From Hemiscyllium ocellatum (Eukaryota), in assembly GCF_020745735.1 (NCBI RefSeq), contig NC_083404.1, forward strand, positions 114,265,731-114,329,730: DNA of 64,000 nt. The letters run 5' to 3'. Shown here piece after piece: positions 50,490-63,990 of the stretch. Position 1 is the stretch's first letter. Every line of letters begins with the position of its first letter. The notes beneath the pieces are model-generated. The model was not told the DNA's origin, did not search any database, and saw only the letters and a list, made by a program, of their open reading frames with translations. The position numbers and the translations under genes were made by a program.

Positions 50490-51075
50490 AAATGCAAGTG
50501 GCATGTTGGCTTTCATTACCCCTTAAGTTCAAGGATAAGAAAGTCTTTCTGCACTGGTACAGCACCTTGGTGAGACCACACCTAGGATGTCATGTGGAGA
50601 CTTGGTCTCCTTACTGAAAGAAAAGATATACTTGTCATAGAGGGAGTCCAGCAAAGACTGATTCCAGGAATGGAAGATTTACTTTATGAGGAGAGATTGG
50701 TTTGACAGGATCAATATTCACTGGTGTTTCAGTTAATAAAGTGGGATCTCTTTGAAGCATATACAATATGGACAGGACTGGATAGAGTGGATGCAAGGAA
50801 GATGGGTGTAGAACATGGGATAACAGCCTCAGCATACAGAATGAGGTGAGGTGAAATTTGCTCATTCAGAAGATGGGGGACCTGCAAATTTCTCCAATAC
50901 AGAAGACTGCAGATGCTAAATCGCTGAATGTACTTTCAAAAGAATTTGATAAATTTCTGGACAATAAAGGGGTTAAGGGAAAGTGGATGAGCATGATGTT
51001 GAGGTAGAAAATTATGATGAATGGCAGAGCAGGCTCAATGGTACAAATGACTTATGCCTGATCCTAATTTTAAGT
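50490..51075 (+). mobile_element. CR1 3' fragment
   Basis: Decayed 'STLVRPHL' and 'YEERLV' motifs plus 3' UTR. Confidence 0.75.
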
Positions 51076-52719
51076 TTCTTCACCAATCCCTTGCAGCCTC
51101 CTTCATTCCTTGCTCCCATACCTCACAGGAGCACCTGAACCCAGCTGACAGCAATATCCAATCTTGGTCAATACCAGCTCTCTTAGGGACCTGACCCTTG
51201 ATGTGTGTTGATCTGGTGAGTCTCCTCATTGCCTAGTTAATTTATACTGACTGTTTTTTAAAAAATTCATTTTCTCCTTAATCCAGGAAACGTCTGTTGG
51301 TAAAACAATTTGATCTTATACACTATAGCTGATATCTTCTAATTCATGAGTGGGGATTTAAGTACCATGCTCTTGACATGATGTCTTATTTTAAAATATC
51401 AACTGCTCCATAGATTTGCCTTTTCCAGGTACTGTGTCCCTCCAGGCTTGCCTTTTTGTTAAGTTTCCTTCTTCACAGGCTGCAGCTGTTTTTCACAACT
51501 GCCATTTATTTCAAGACAGCAGTGTTACTTCAAACTCCCTTTTTAAAAGAGAAAATTGCTTGACAAGAACAAAATTATAAAAATTACATAAGTAACAATT
51601 TCAAGGGGGCTTTGCATGTGTTGAAATGTACACATCATTTTTTTCAAAGCCAGTTTCAAGTTGTCTCATTGAAGAAAGGCCCAGTTCAGACTCACATAAT
51701 TCGGAAAGTATGCACCATAACATCTGTCACCAATCTCCATTTTGATTCAGCTGGCCAGTGCTTTCCCTAGGGGCTCTGCTTGCAAAGTTTCTCCATCTGG
51801 CTGTCCATGTTTTATTGCATATGCCATGTCCTTAGCCTGGCCTCGTAATGCAGGTGGTCAATTAGCTTTCATGCACCAGCCTGTAGTTTAACCCAGAATC
51901 AATCAAGCATGAAGCCCAGCGGTTGATGGAAATTGGAAAGAGTTATTAAAAGTGCTGGAAGCCCTCAAGCAGTGGACTGTGGAGAAAGCTGAAGCACACA
52001 CAGCTGGTGCTCCCCTCCCAATGCACACCACTAACTTGGAGAGGAAATGGAGCCTGGTGAATAACTCTAACACGTTGAATATAGTCATTGACGTGCAAAG
52101 GATTTCAGCTGTGAATGAGTTTTTTCAGAACCAATCCAGTAGACACCACTGTGCAGATCAGTTTATGAAATTGTGGCAACTGTGCTTAGAAGCTGCTACT
52201 TAAAGCTTTTGCAGCTTAGCATCCCGTAATCACACCCCACCTCCCCATAAGAAATCCAGTCCGTTGAGTTTAAGGTCTGGTTCCTGGTCCAAAGTGAGCT
52301 GGCCTGGCCTTGGTGGTCAGCAGCTTGGTGAGTGAAAGTTCTGCGTCCTGTTGTATTAACCTCTCTTCTGCTTGTAACAAGAAAATGATAGATCTTATTA
52401 GGGTTGAGCAAGTGGTCTTGCAATCTCTGATAGAAGAATTATATACCATTGTTTTTCACTGGAACAAGAATACTGCTCCAGCCTCCTCCATGCCCCAGTA
52501 TATCCAAGGCTCATGCCTCTCAAAGTGAGAGTGCAGTCCAGGGCCAAGCAGACTGGATCCCCTGCAACAATTGTCACAGCTGGGGAGGCAGGCATGGAGC
52601 ATGTGACAATTTTGATTCATGGAAAGGTCTTAATTTTCACATTTTTCCCAATATATTAAAATCATTTCCAGTTTTCATTCATACCTTCAGAAATGAAGAT
52701 GACTCATTTCAGCAGGGGA

Positions 52720-53715
52720 GTGTAATTGGAATAATAAACTTGCCCAACATTTACACAAATGATTTGGATGCGTAAAAGGTACAGTTAGTAAGTATGCAGA
52801 TAACACCAAAATTGGAGGTGTAGTGGACAGCGAAGAGGGTTACCTCATATTACAACAGAATCTTGACCAGATGGGCCAATGGGCTGAGAAGTGGCAGATG
52901 GAGTTTAGTTCAGATAAATGCGAGGTGCTGCATTTTGAGAAAACAAATCTTAGCAGGACTTATACATTTAATGGTAAGGTCCCAGGGAGTGTTGCTGAAC
53001 AAAGAGACCTTGGAGTGTGGGTTCATAGCTCCTTGAAAGTGGAATCGCAAGTAGATAGGATAGTGAAGAAGGCGTTTAGAATGCTTTCTTTTATTGGTCA
53101 GAGTAGTGAGTACAGGAGTTGGGAGGTCATGTTGCGCTGTACAGGATATTGGTTAGGCCACTGTTGGAATATTCCGTGCAATTCTGGTCTCCTTCCTATT
53201 GGAAAGATGTTGTGAGGTTTGAAAGGGCTCAGAAATGATTTACAAGGATGTTGCCAGGGTTGGAGGATTTGAGCTACAGGGAGAGACTGAACAGGCTGGG
53301 ACTGCTTTCCCTGGAGCATCGGAGGCTGAGGGGTGACCTAACAGAGGTTTACAAAATTATGAGGGGTATGGATGGGGTAAATAGACAAAGTCTTTTCCCT
53401 GAAGTCGGGGAGTCCAGAACTAGAGGGCATAGGTTTAAGGTGAGAGGGGAAAGATATAAAAGAGACCTACGGGGAAACTTTTTCACGCAGAGGGTGGTAT
53501 GTGTATGGAATGAGCTGCCAGAGGAAGTGGTGGAGGCTGGCACAATTGCAACATTTAAGAGGCACTTGGATGGGTATATAAGTAGGAAGTGTTTGGAAGG
53601 ATATGGGCCGGATGCTGGCAGGTGAGACGAGATTGGGTTGGGATATCTGGTCAGCATGGACAGGTTGGACCAAAGGGTCTGTTTTAATGCTGTACATCTA
53701 TGACTCTATGGCTCT
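52720..53715 (+). mobile_element. CR1 LINE RT and 3' end
   Basis: 'SKYADNTKIGG', 'WAEKWQMEF..DKCEVLHF', 'RRLRGDL', 'WNELPEEVV' and a tatgactc tail. Confidence 0.93.
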
Positions 53716-54774
53716 ATAACATTGTAATGTCATCCATTCAGTTTGAATGGTGGCATCTGCATTCATGTAAAGTCTGTATTATTGACGGTCATTTAGAATC
53801 CTTATTATATTCCAACCTTCCACATAGAATCCTGAAATGTTCCTGGTTTTCCTTACAGATGCAATAGCCATGAGAGGGAAAAGGAGATCGAGATCCCTGA
53901 GCACTGAAGGAGCTCAATCCACAGCCAGATCCTTTTATTTTAAAATTCATGTCAAGTTCTTGGCTGTTGCCATCTGGGCCTCAACCATGCTCAGGGAAAG
54001 TTCATTGATGGGAGCGTTGGTGGCACTCCCCAGTGCACAGCTCTAACCTTGCCTTATCCTTGCTAAGGAAGCTGAGAGCTGTCAAATGTAATTTGTAATC
54101 TATTTTTAATCATAAATTGCTTTCATTTTCTATGATAGATATTTCATATTTTATCTAATTCCTTCAATCTCTTTCATTCTACCTAACATGGGACGTTCTT
54201 GCGACTTTAAAAGTTTTAATAAGACTTAGCCTCATTTACATTTATAGTTCCTGCCACCACATCCTTCACATGCAGGACCTGTGTAAAGGGTCTGTTCTGA
54301 AAGAGGTTGAAAGGCTGATCAATCAATCAATGGGAAGACCTAAATTCAAAATTCAAAGCCAAAATGAATTGTATCAATTAGGTGCAAATTTGTGGTGCTG
54401 TGTCTATAATGTAAGGACTTCTACTTTGTTGTGTTTCTGTTCCTTGCAATAAAATTTGTACAGCTATAGTCAGACTTTTTTTATTGCCTGGGTTTATTGC
54501 CTGGACAAATGAAGAATTATAAAACCTCAATTCTGCTTCAAAATTGCACTTAATCCAAAGGAGCATTCATTCAGATACACCCACACACACCATTTTGAAA
54601 TAGAAAGGGACTGATTTCTTTTCATTTATTCTGATGTTCATAAATGATTCTATAATTGACTGAATTAATTTTGAATGAATTAAGTTTTTTCACATTCTAA
54701 TGGATCATGAATTTAAAGTATCAGTGGCTTGACATCCAGCTGTAGGTTCTCATTTAAGACTTTCACAATGGAAG

Positions 54775-55295
54775 CATAGAACATAGAACAATACAGCGCA
54801 GAACAGGCCCTTTGGCCCTCAATGTTGTGCCGACCTGTGAACTATTCTCAGCTTGTCCCCCTACACAATCCCAAAATCATCCATGTGCTTATCTAAGGAC
54901 CATTTAAATCTCCCTAATGTGGCTGAGTTGACTACGTTAGCAGGTAGTGCATTCCACGCCCTTAACACTCTCTGTGTAAAGAACCTGCCTCTGACATCTG
55001 TCTTAAATCTATCACTCCTCAATTTGTAGTTATGCCCCCTTGTACATGCTGAAGTAATCAGCCTAGAAAAACGACTTTCATTGTCTACCCTATCTAATCC
55101 TCTGATCATCTTGTATGTCTCTATCAAATCCCCTCTTAGCCTTCTCCTTGCCAATGAGAACAGGTTCAAGTGTCTCAGCCTTTCCTCATAAGACCTTCTC
55201 TCCAGACCAGGCAACATCCTGGTAAATCTCCTCTGCATCTTTTCCAATGCTTCCATATCCTTTCTGAAATACGGGACCAGAAATGTACACAAGCA
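54775..55295 (-). mobile_element. CR1 3' fragment
   Basis: 'RKDMEALEKMQRRFTRMLPG...RAWNALP' and a (gttctat)n tail. Confidence 0.92.
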
Positions 55296-55779
55296 GCTCC
55301 CCCCCCACCACAGCCTCAAATGGCACACTAAGAATGGTTATCACCACTTAAACTAATCTTGAATGGATCAAGCAGCAAATATTACCAATTCAACTGGTTT
55401 AACTGGGAATTCCTCTGGTAAGAGATACTAGTTGGCGCTGGGCCTCACCTGCCCACTGATGGTACCAGTTCAGGTAGTTTTGTGGAAAGCTGCTATTGAA
55501 ACAAACATAACGTTGAAATTCCACAATGCAAGAAGTTTATTTTCTCCTACTTAATGGATGAAAGAAATCACAACATTAGAATATGAATGCATGCCTTGAG
55601 TAGTTTTGTGCTGAATTTTTCGCTTTGAACAGGCAGCGAGTACAGTTCGAGCAGGGTGAAAAACTCAGAGGATGAGTTATCTTGAGTTCTTTAAAAAGTA
55701 TCTGTGGGGAGTGTTACAATGTTTGCTAGGTACATGAGCTACCAAGTGACAATAAGCCTAAAATTGGACCCAAAATGAG

Positions 55780-57185
55780 TTAGAGTCATAGAGTCATATC
55801 GATGTACAGCTTAGAAAAAGACCATTTGGTCCAACTCGTCCATGCCGACCAGCTATCCCAACTTAGTCTAGTACTTGCCAGCACCCGGCCCATATCCCTC
55901 CAAACCCTTCTTATTCATACACCCATTCAGATACCTTTTAAGTGTTGCACTTGTACTAGCCTCTACTCCATCCTCTTGCAGCTCACTCCATACACGTACC
56001 ACCTTCTGCATGAAAAAGTTGCCCTTAGGTCTCTTAAATATCTTTCCCCTGTCACCCAAAACCTGTGCCCTCTAGTTCCGGATTCCCCCACCCCATGGAA
56101 AAGACTTTGACTATTTATTCTATCCACACCCCTCATGATTTTATAAATCTCTATAAGGTCACCCCTCTTGTGCTCCCATCCAAATCATTTATATAAATGA
56201 TGAAAAGCAGTGGACCCAGCACTGATCCTTGTGACACTCTACTGATCACAGGCCTCCAGTCTGAAAAACAACCCTCCACCACCATCCTCTGTCTTCTACC
56301 TTTGAGTCAGTTCTGTATCCAACTGGCTAGTTCTCCCTGTACTACATGAGATCTAACCTTGCAAACCAGTCTCCCATTGGGAACCTTGTCAAACGCCTTA
56401 CTGAAGTCTATATAGCCACTTACCTCTCTGCCCTCATTAATCCTCTTTGTTACTTCTTCAAAGCACTCAATCAAGTTCATGAGACATGATTTCCCACGCA
56501 CAAAGACGTGTTGACTATCCCTAATTAGTCCTTGTCTTTCCAAATGCATGTAAATCCTGTCCCTCAGGATTCCCTCCAACAACTTTCCCACCACCGATGT
56601 CACGGGGTGAGCCTGACTATAGAACTATAGAACTGGTCTATAGTTCCCTGGCTTGTCCTTACCACCTTTCTTAAACAATGGCACCACGTTAGCCAACCTC
56701 CAGTCTTCCTGCACCTCACCTATGACTATTGATGATACAAATATCTCAGCAAGGGGCCCAGCAATCACTTCCCTAGTTTCCCACAGAGTTCTAGGACCAC
56801 ATCTTGGTGATTTATCCACTTTTATGTTTTTCAGACATCCAACACTTCCTCCTCTGTAACATGAACATTTTTCAAGATGTTACCATCTATTTCCTTACAT
56901 TCTGTATCTTACATGTCCTTGTCCACAGTGATGAAAATACTCATTGAGTACCTTCCCCATCTCCTGCTACTCCACACAAAGGTTGCCTTGCTGATCTTTG
57001 AGGGGCACTATTCTCTCCCTGGTTACCCTTTTGTCCTTAATGTATTTGTAAAAACCCTTTGGATTCTTCTTAACACTATTTGCCAAAGGTATCTCATGTT
57101 CCCTTTTTTCCCTCCTGATTTCCCTCAAGCATACTCTTATTGCCTTTATACTCTTCTAAGGATTCACTCGATCTATCCTGTCTAT
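55780..57185 (-). mobile_element. CR1 LINE fragment with internal deletions
   Basis: 'WRLANVVPLFKKGGKDKPGNYRP', 'DFSKAFDKVP' and a tatgactc tail. Confidence 0.92.
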
Positions 57186-58549
57186 AACCAAACCCTCAAT
57201 TTCTCTCATCATCAAGAATTATCGAATTTCACCCAGAAACTGGAGACGCTAATGCCGATTTTTGGGGAGATGAAACACAATTGGTCAGGTTTCCTGAACC
57301 TGACTGCTTTATATCAAGACATTTGTTTTTATATACAGGCCTGGGAAACATCTATTTCTTTTTTGTGTAACCTGACATAAGAGGGGGAGAAAAAAGTAAA
57401 GAGAACAAAGAAGAAAGAAAATTGACAACTGGAATGAGAATTGAATTTGTCCTGTTAATATAATTCTGAAACACACACTAAATATCTGAGCTAATCAGGT
57501 TGCTCTAGACTCTGCAGTATCTCTAATCTGGTAAATGAATTGACAATATAAAAAAAAGGAAATTTGTCCTCAAATAAGACAGGATAAACAACTATGGAAG
57601 GATCAGAAAAATGCATAGCCAGTTTTGGTGAAAATTCAATGCAGACCTTGAACCAATTGAGGCAATCTACTCAATCCAAATAAAAGCCACTTTGTCGGAT
57701 TTCAGTTTGATGTCTTTATGGATAAAGAAATTTTAACATTTTAAGACTTGTGGTGACCTCTATGTTTCGGTCATCTAACTTTAATTCACATTTTTGTTTT
57801 ACGATCACTTGCATATCTAACGTCTTTATGGCTATCTGCAACCATAGCTGAAGCCCAAGTCTGTGATGTAAACATGGAAAGGGTTTTCAGGAGACATTGA
57901 AGTTCAGGAAAGAAGAGAAATGTTGCAAAATTGATAACTCTCTGGCTGTCTGAACTTAAGTCCAATATACTTTGGAAAATTCTACTGAGGATATCTTCAA
58001 GTCTCTGGTCTCTAAGCTTGCAAGGCAGTACATGCATATTGATCTGTTTGTCGGCACCCAACTTTGTTCATCCAGGAATGAATAAAATGTGACCTTGCTT
58101 ACTTTTGAACTCATGTTACCTTGGTAACATAGCAGACCTGTATTATCAAAAGTTCTGTTTTGCAAACATGTTTGCTCACATAGATCCTAACTTTAAAAAA
58201 AAATCTTACAGCAAATCTTAACTCTGTGATTATAACTATGATTATATTCCGTGTAAAGAAATTTCTCATATTGTGTTTCTTCACCTATAGTACTGTTCAC
58301 CCTGCAGCCTGTCAACCTCAATAAAACAGAGATTTGTTCTGAAATGTTTTATGACTTTTAGCCTTTTTTTGAATTAAAAACAATATTTCCCTTATTCAAT
58401 TGAATGAAGTAAACTGAACCAGACAGGACAATGTAAAAGAATGACTAAAGGTTATCAATAAGCATAACAGCAGAATATAGGAGTGAGAATAAATCCATAC
58501 CATGGAGCCAACTCCATCTTTCAATAAGACTGTGGCTGATCTGATTGTA

Positions 58550-58915
58550 GAGACAAAAAAAAACTGCAGATGCCTGGAATCCAAGGTAGACAAGCAGGAG
58601 GGTGGAAGAACACATCAAGCTGGGCAGCATCAGGAGGTGAAGAAGTCAACGTTTCAAGTGTAGCCCTTCTTCAGGACTGAGTGTGGTGTAACGGGAGCTG
58701 CAGATAAGGGCGGAGGTGGAGGGGGGAGCGGGGAGGTGAAATAGGGATTGGTGAACACAGATGGAGGTAAGACCTGGTTAGTAGATGGGTAGAATGAATC
58801 CAGTTGGTAGCTGGAAGGAAGAGTCGATCTGAGGAATAGATGTGAGGGGGAAGGACTGGGAAGGGAGTTGGGAGGATGGGAAGAGAGGTTATGTGAAATT
58901 GGAGAACTCAATGTA
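58550..58915 (-). mobile_element. Penelope-like 3' fragment with a hammerhead variant
   Basis: C-rich 3' UTR like that of 42746-43203; AGUC-CUGAAGA-A-GGG..CUU-GAAAC-GUU-GACU at 58644-58678 (stem I AGUC/GACU). Confidence 0.82.
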
Positions 58916-59877
58916 TGGCTCAATCTACTTTTCTGCTCACTCCTAATAGACCTGAACTTGCCCGTGGGTCAACTTAGCCTTGAATGTATTTTATGACGCA
59001 GCCTCCACTGGGGAAGAGAATTGCAAAGGCTAATGAGACGCAATTCAAGGAGAGACACAGGCACAGTAACAGCAAGAAGGATTTCACCTGAAGGAGGTCA
59101 CAGGGGGAGTGGTCACAGAGGAGGGAGGTTCGACAGTAAAGTCGGGGATGGCTCTCGATGAGTGCACCTTTCCCAATGCTTGATCAGGTGCTGGATGCAT
59201 TTGACAAGGGACCATGCCTGGGAACCTGCTAATAAACACCCAAGGATGTGTTTAGACTAAACACGCCCTTGTCACCAAATTTGATATGAGGGAGGGCACA
59301 AAACCCTGCGTGTCACGAAATTGTACACCCATGGTCTATGACTGGAAGGAAAATCATTGACTGTGGACATCCGATTCCCATGTGCACTCCCAACAGATGC
59401 AATTCCTGCTGGGAGCACTTGAGCAAACTGTGTACAATTAATTTTCTTCTTCAAATAATATATGTGCACCCAGCATGATCATTCCTAAAAGGGAGCATGA
59501 TCAACAAAAGAGCAAATTCGATAGCATCTGAAATATGCTTTTGAAAGAGTTAGTGTTCACCTTACATTCACTACCCCAATTCAACTTATATCTCACACAG
59601 TCCGTGACTAAACTTATGCTTGAGATTTCAGTGGGACCAGATGTAAGATAAGATGTTTGTAAAAATGCAGTTGCACAGTTTGCGATTGTGCTATGAACTT
59701 GCTTGTTGTCAAAGACGTATGCCTCTTCTGCAGATATTCTCGAGTGATTTATCCTCTACAGTAATCAATAGATAGGCCCAAGCCAAAGCAAGGACAAAGG
59801 AGAATTGCAGTAAGTGAACTAACTCGAACAAACTCGATTTTACATACTGGCAGAGATGGCAAATATTACAACTTAGC

Positions 59878-62800
59878 CAGGAAAGACTTAAAGAGAGAGC
59901 TAAGAAGAGCCAGGAGGGGATATGAGAAGTTGTTGACAGGTAGGATCAAGGAAAACCATAAAGCTTTCTATAAGTTTATCAGGAATAAAAGAATGACAAG
60001 AGAAAGTTTAGGGCCAGTCAAGGATAGTAATGAGAATTTGTGCATGGAGTCGAAGGAGATAGGGGAAGTGCTCAATGAATATTTTTTTTGTCAGCCTTCA
60101 CAGTGGAAAAAGACAATGTTGTTGAGGAGAATACTAAAATACAGGCTCCTAGACTAGATGGGATTGAGTTTCACATGGAGAAAGTTTTAGCAATTCTGGA
60201 AAGTGTGAAAATAGATAAGTCCCCAGTGCCGAATGGAATTTATCCTAGGATTCTCTGGGAAACCAGGAAGGAGATTGCAGAGCCTTTGGCTCTGATCTTT
60301 ATGTTGTTATTGTCTACAGGAATAGTGCTAGAAGACTGGAGGATAGCAAATGTTGTCCCCTTTTGAAGAAGGGGAGTAGCACTGGTAATTATAGACCAGT
60401 GAGCCTTACTTCGGTTGCGATTAAAATATTGAAAAAGGTTATAAGAGATTGGATTTATAATCACCCAGAGAGGAATAAATCAGTTAGGGATAGCCAACAT
60501 GGTTTTGTGAAGGGTAGGTTGTGCCTCACAAACCTTACTGAGTTCTTTGAAATGGTGACCAAACAGATGGATGAGGGTAAAGCTGTTGATGTGGTGCATA
60601 TGGATTTCAATAAGACATTTGATAAGGTTCCCCATGGTTATTTCAGCAATATAGAGGCATAGGATTGAGGGTGATTTAGTGATTTGGATCAGATGTTGGC
60701 TAGCTGAAAGAAGACAGATGGTGGTGGTTGATGTGATCTGTTTTGGGGCTTCTGCTCTTTGTCAATTTTTTAAATGACTTGGGGAACAGAAGGATGGATT
60801 AGTAACTTTGCGGATGACGCTAAGTTCAGTGGAGTTGTGTATAGTGCTGAAGGATGTTGCAGATTACAGAAAGACATAGATAAGCTGCAGAGCTGGGCAG
60901 AGAGCTGGCAAATGGAGTTTAATGAGGAAAAGTGTGAGGTGATTCACTTTGGAAGGACCAATAGGAATAAAGTATACTGGATTAATAGTAAGATTCTTGG
61001 TATTGCGAATGAGCAGAGAGATCACAGTGCTCATGTACATAGATCCCTGAAAGTTGCCACCCAGGCTCATAAGGTTGTTGAGAAGGCATAAGGTGTGTTA
61101 GCTTTTATTGGTAGAGGGATTGAGTTTTGAAGCCATGACATCATCCTGCAGCTGGACAAAACTCAGGTGCAGCCACACTTGGAATATTGCTTACAGTTCT
61201 GGTCACCTCATTATTGGAAGGATGCGTAAGCGTTGGACAGGGTGCAAAGGAAATTTACTAGAATGTTGCCTGGTATGGAGGGAAGGTCTTATGAGGAAAG
61301 GCAGAAGGACTTGAGGCTGATTTCATTTGACAATAGACAATAGACAATAGGTGCAGGAGTAGGCCATTCTGCCCTTCAAGCTGGCACCACCATTCATTCT
61401 GATCATGGCTGATCATCCTCAATCAATATCCTGTTCCTGCCTTATCTCCATAACCCTTGATTCCTCTATCCTTAAGAGCTCTATCCAACTCTTTCTTAAA
61501 CGAATCCAGAGACTGGGCCTCCACAACCTTCTGGGGCAGAGCATTCCACACATCCACCATTCTCTGGGTGAAGAAGTTTCTCCTCATCTTTGTCCAAAAT
61601 GGCCTACCCCTTATTTTTAAGCCGTGTCCTCTGGTTTGGGACTCACCCATCAGCGAAAACATGTTTCCTGCCTCCAGAGTGTCCAGTCCTTTAATAAACT
61701 TATACGTCTCAATCAGATCCCCTCTCAGTCTTCTCAAGTCAAGGGTATACAAGCCCAGTCGCTCCAATCTTTCAACATAAGACAATCCCACCATTCCAGG
61801 AATTGACCTCGTGAACCTACGCTGCACTCCCTCAATAGCTAGAATGTCTTTCCTCAAATTTAGAGACCAGAACTGCACACAATATTCCAGGTGCAGTTTG
61901 ACCAGGGCCCTGTATAGCTGCAGAAGAACCTCTTTGCTTCTATACTCAATCTCTCTTGTTATGAAGGCCAGCATGCTATTAGCTTTCTTCACTACCTGCT
62001 GTACATGCATGCTTACTTTCATTGACTGGTGTACAAGAACACCCAGATCTCTTTGTACTGCCCCTTTACCTAACTTGACTCCATTTAGGTAGTAATCTGC
62101 CTTCCTGTTCTTGACACCAAAGTGGATAACCATACATTTATCCACAGTAAACTGCATCTGCCATGCATCTGTCCACTGACCTAACCTGTCCAAGTCACCC
62201 TGAAATCGCCTAACATCCTTCTCACATTTCACCCTGTCACCCAGTTTTGTATCATCAGCAAATTTGCTAATATTACTTTTAATACCATCTTCTATATCAT
62301 TAATATATATTGTAAAAAGCTACAGTCCCAGCACTGATCCCTGCGGTACCCCACTGGTCACCGCCATTCTGAAAGGGAGCTGTTTATCACTATTCTTTGT
62401 TTCCTGTCAGCCAATCAATTTTCAATCCAAGTCAGTACTTTGCCCCAATACCATGTGCCCTAATTTTGCTCACTAACATCCGATGTGGGACTTTATCAAA
62501 GGCTTTCTGAAAGTCCAGGCACACTACATCCACTGGATCTTCCTTATCCATCTTCAGAGTTACATCCTCAAAAAATTCCAGAACATTAGTCAAGCATGAT
62601 TTCCCCTTCATAAATCCATGCTGACTCTGACCTATCCTGTTACTGCTATCCAGATGTGTCGTAATTTCATCCTTTATAATTGAGTCCAGCATCTTTCCCA
62701 CCACTGAGGTCAGACTAACTGGTCTATAATTTCCTGCCTTCTCTCTCGCTCCTTTCTTAAAAAGTGGGACAACATTAGCCACCCCCCAATCTGCAGGAAC

Positions 62801-63580
62801 CGACCCCGAACCTATCAAATTCTGGAAAATAATCACCAACGCATCCACGATTTCCCGAGCCACCTCCTTCAGTACCCTGGGATGTAGACCATCAGGCCCG
62901 GGGACTTATCAGCCTTCAGATCTAACAGTCTCTCCAACACCAATTCTGGGCAAATATAAATTCCCTTCAGTTCAGGTCCTCCAGTCACTGTTAGCTCTGG
63001 GAGATTGCTTGTGTCTTCCCCAGTGAACACAGATCTGAAGTACCAATTCAATTCTGCCATTTCTTTGTTCCTTGTAATATATTCCCCTGTTTCTGTCTTC
63101 AAGGGTCCAATTTTTGATTTAACCATTGTTTTTCCTTTCACATACCTAAAAAAGCTTTTACTATCCTCCTTTATATTTTTGGCCAGTTTACCTTCCTACC
63201 TCATTTTTTCTCTGCGAGAGAAGAAGTTTGAGATGTGACTTAATTGAGACATATAAGATAATCTGCCAGTTAGATAGGGTGGACAGTGACAGCCTTTATC
63301 ATTGGATGGTGATAGCTAGCACAAGAGGACATAACTTTAAATTGAGGGGGTGATTGATATAGGACAGATGCCAGAGGTAGTTTCTTTACTGAGGGAGTAA
63401 TAGGGGCATGGAACGCACTGCCTGAAACAATGGTAGATTCGCCAACTTTAAGGACATTTAAATGGTCATTGGATAAACATATGGATGAAAATGTAATAGT
63501 GTAGGATGGATAGACTTCCACAGGTTGGTGTAACATCAAAGGCTGAAGGGCCTGTACTGTGCTGTAATGTTCTATGTTCC
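59878..63580 (+). mobile_element. CR1 LINE RT and 3' end, split by an antisense CR1 at 61329-63215
   Basis: 'NYRPVSLTS', 'FADD'. The reading ...ttttcattt|gagagaagaag continues across the insert; (gttctat)n tail. Confidence 0.92.
61329..63215 (-). mobile_element. 5'-truncated CR1, same subfamily as 38551-42509
   Basis: High colinear identity to ~40610-42509, a 269-aa open RT C-terminus, and a (tctattg)n tail. Confidence 0.95.
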
Positions 63581-63689
63581 ATGGTTATCTGGAAAAATTG
63601 TGGCTGTTGTAGTGCTCTGAAAACTTGTAATGGATTCATAGCAGACCATCTAGAATAACAAATCAATGCAGTATTGTGGCAAAGTTGCA

Positions 63690-63990
63690 TGGTTTGAAAT
63701 ACCACCTTTTGGATGAGCTTTTAAACCAAGGCCTTTTCTGTCAGTAAGGTACTAACAATCCATAGCTAGTGTCAACGAGCAAGGATATTCACTTGATGTT
63801 CTAGTCCATTTATATCTTTCATCCAATGCCACCAAAGAATACTAACTAGACATTTGTCACAGTGGTGTTTACTGGCCTTTGTTGTATGCAAATTGGTGAC
63901 ACATTTCCTGGCTTTATAACAGTGACTATATATTAAAACACTTCATTGTCTTCGAAGCTTGGAACTCCAAGACATGAATGCTTTTTAAAA
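63690..63990 (+). mobile_element. Ancient Deu-domain SINE (SacSINE1/AmnSINE1-like), degenerate
   Basis: ttttggatgagcttttaaaccaaggcc...tgtatgcaaattgg...tttcc...aacagtgacta...acttcattg is colinear with the Deu domain as I recall it. Confidence 0.65.

Noticed and set aside
57786-58165. Overlapping 69-91 aa minus-strand ORFs
   Set aside because: No homology recognised and no convincing splice structure.
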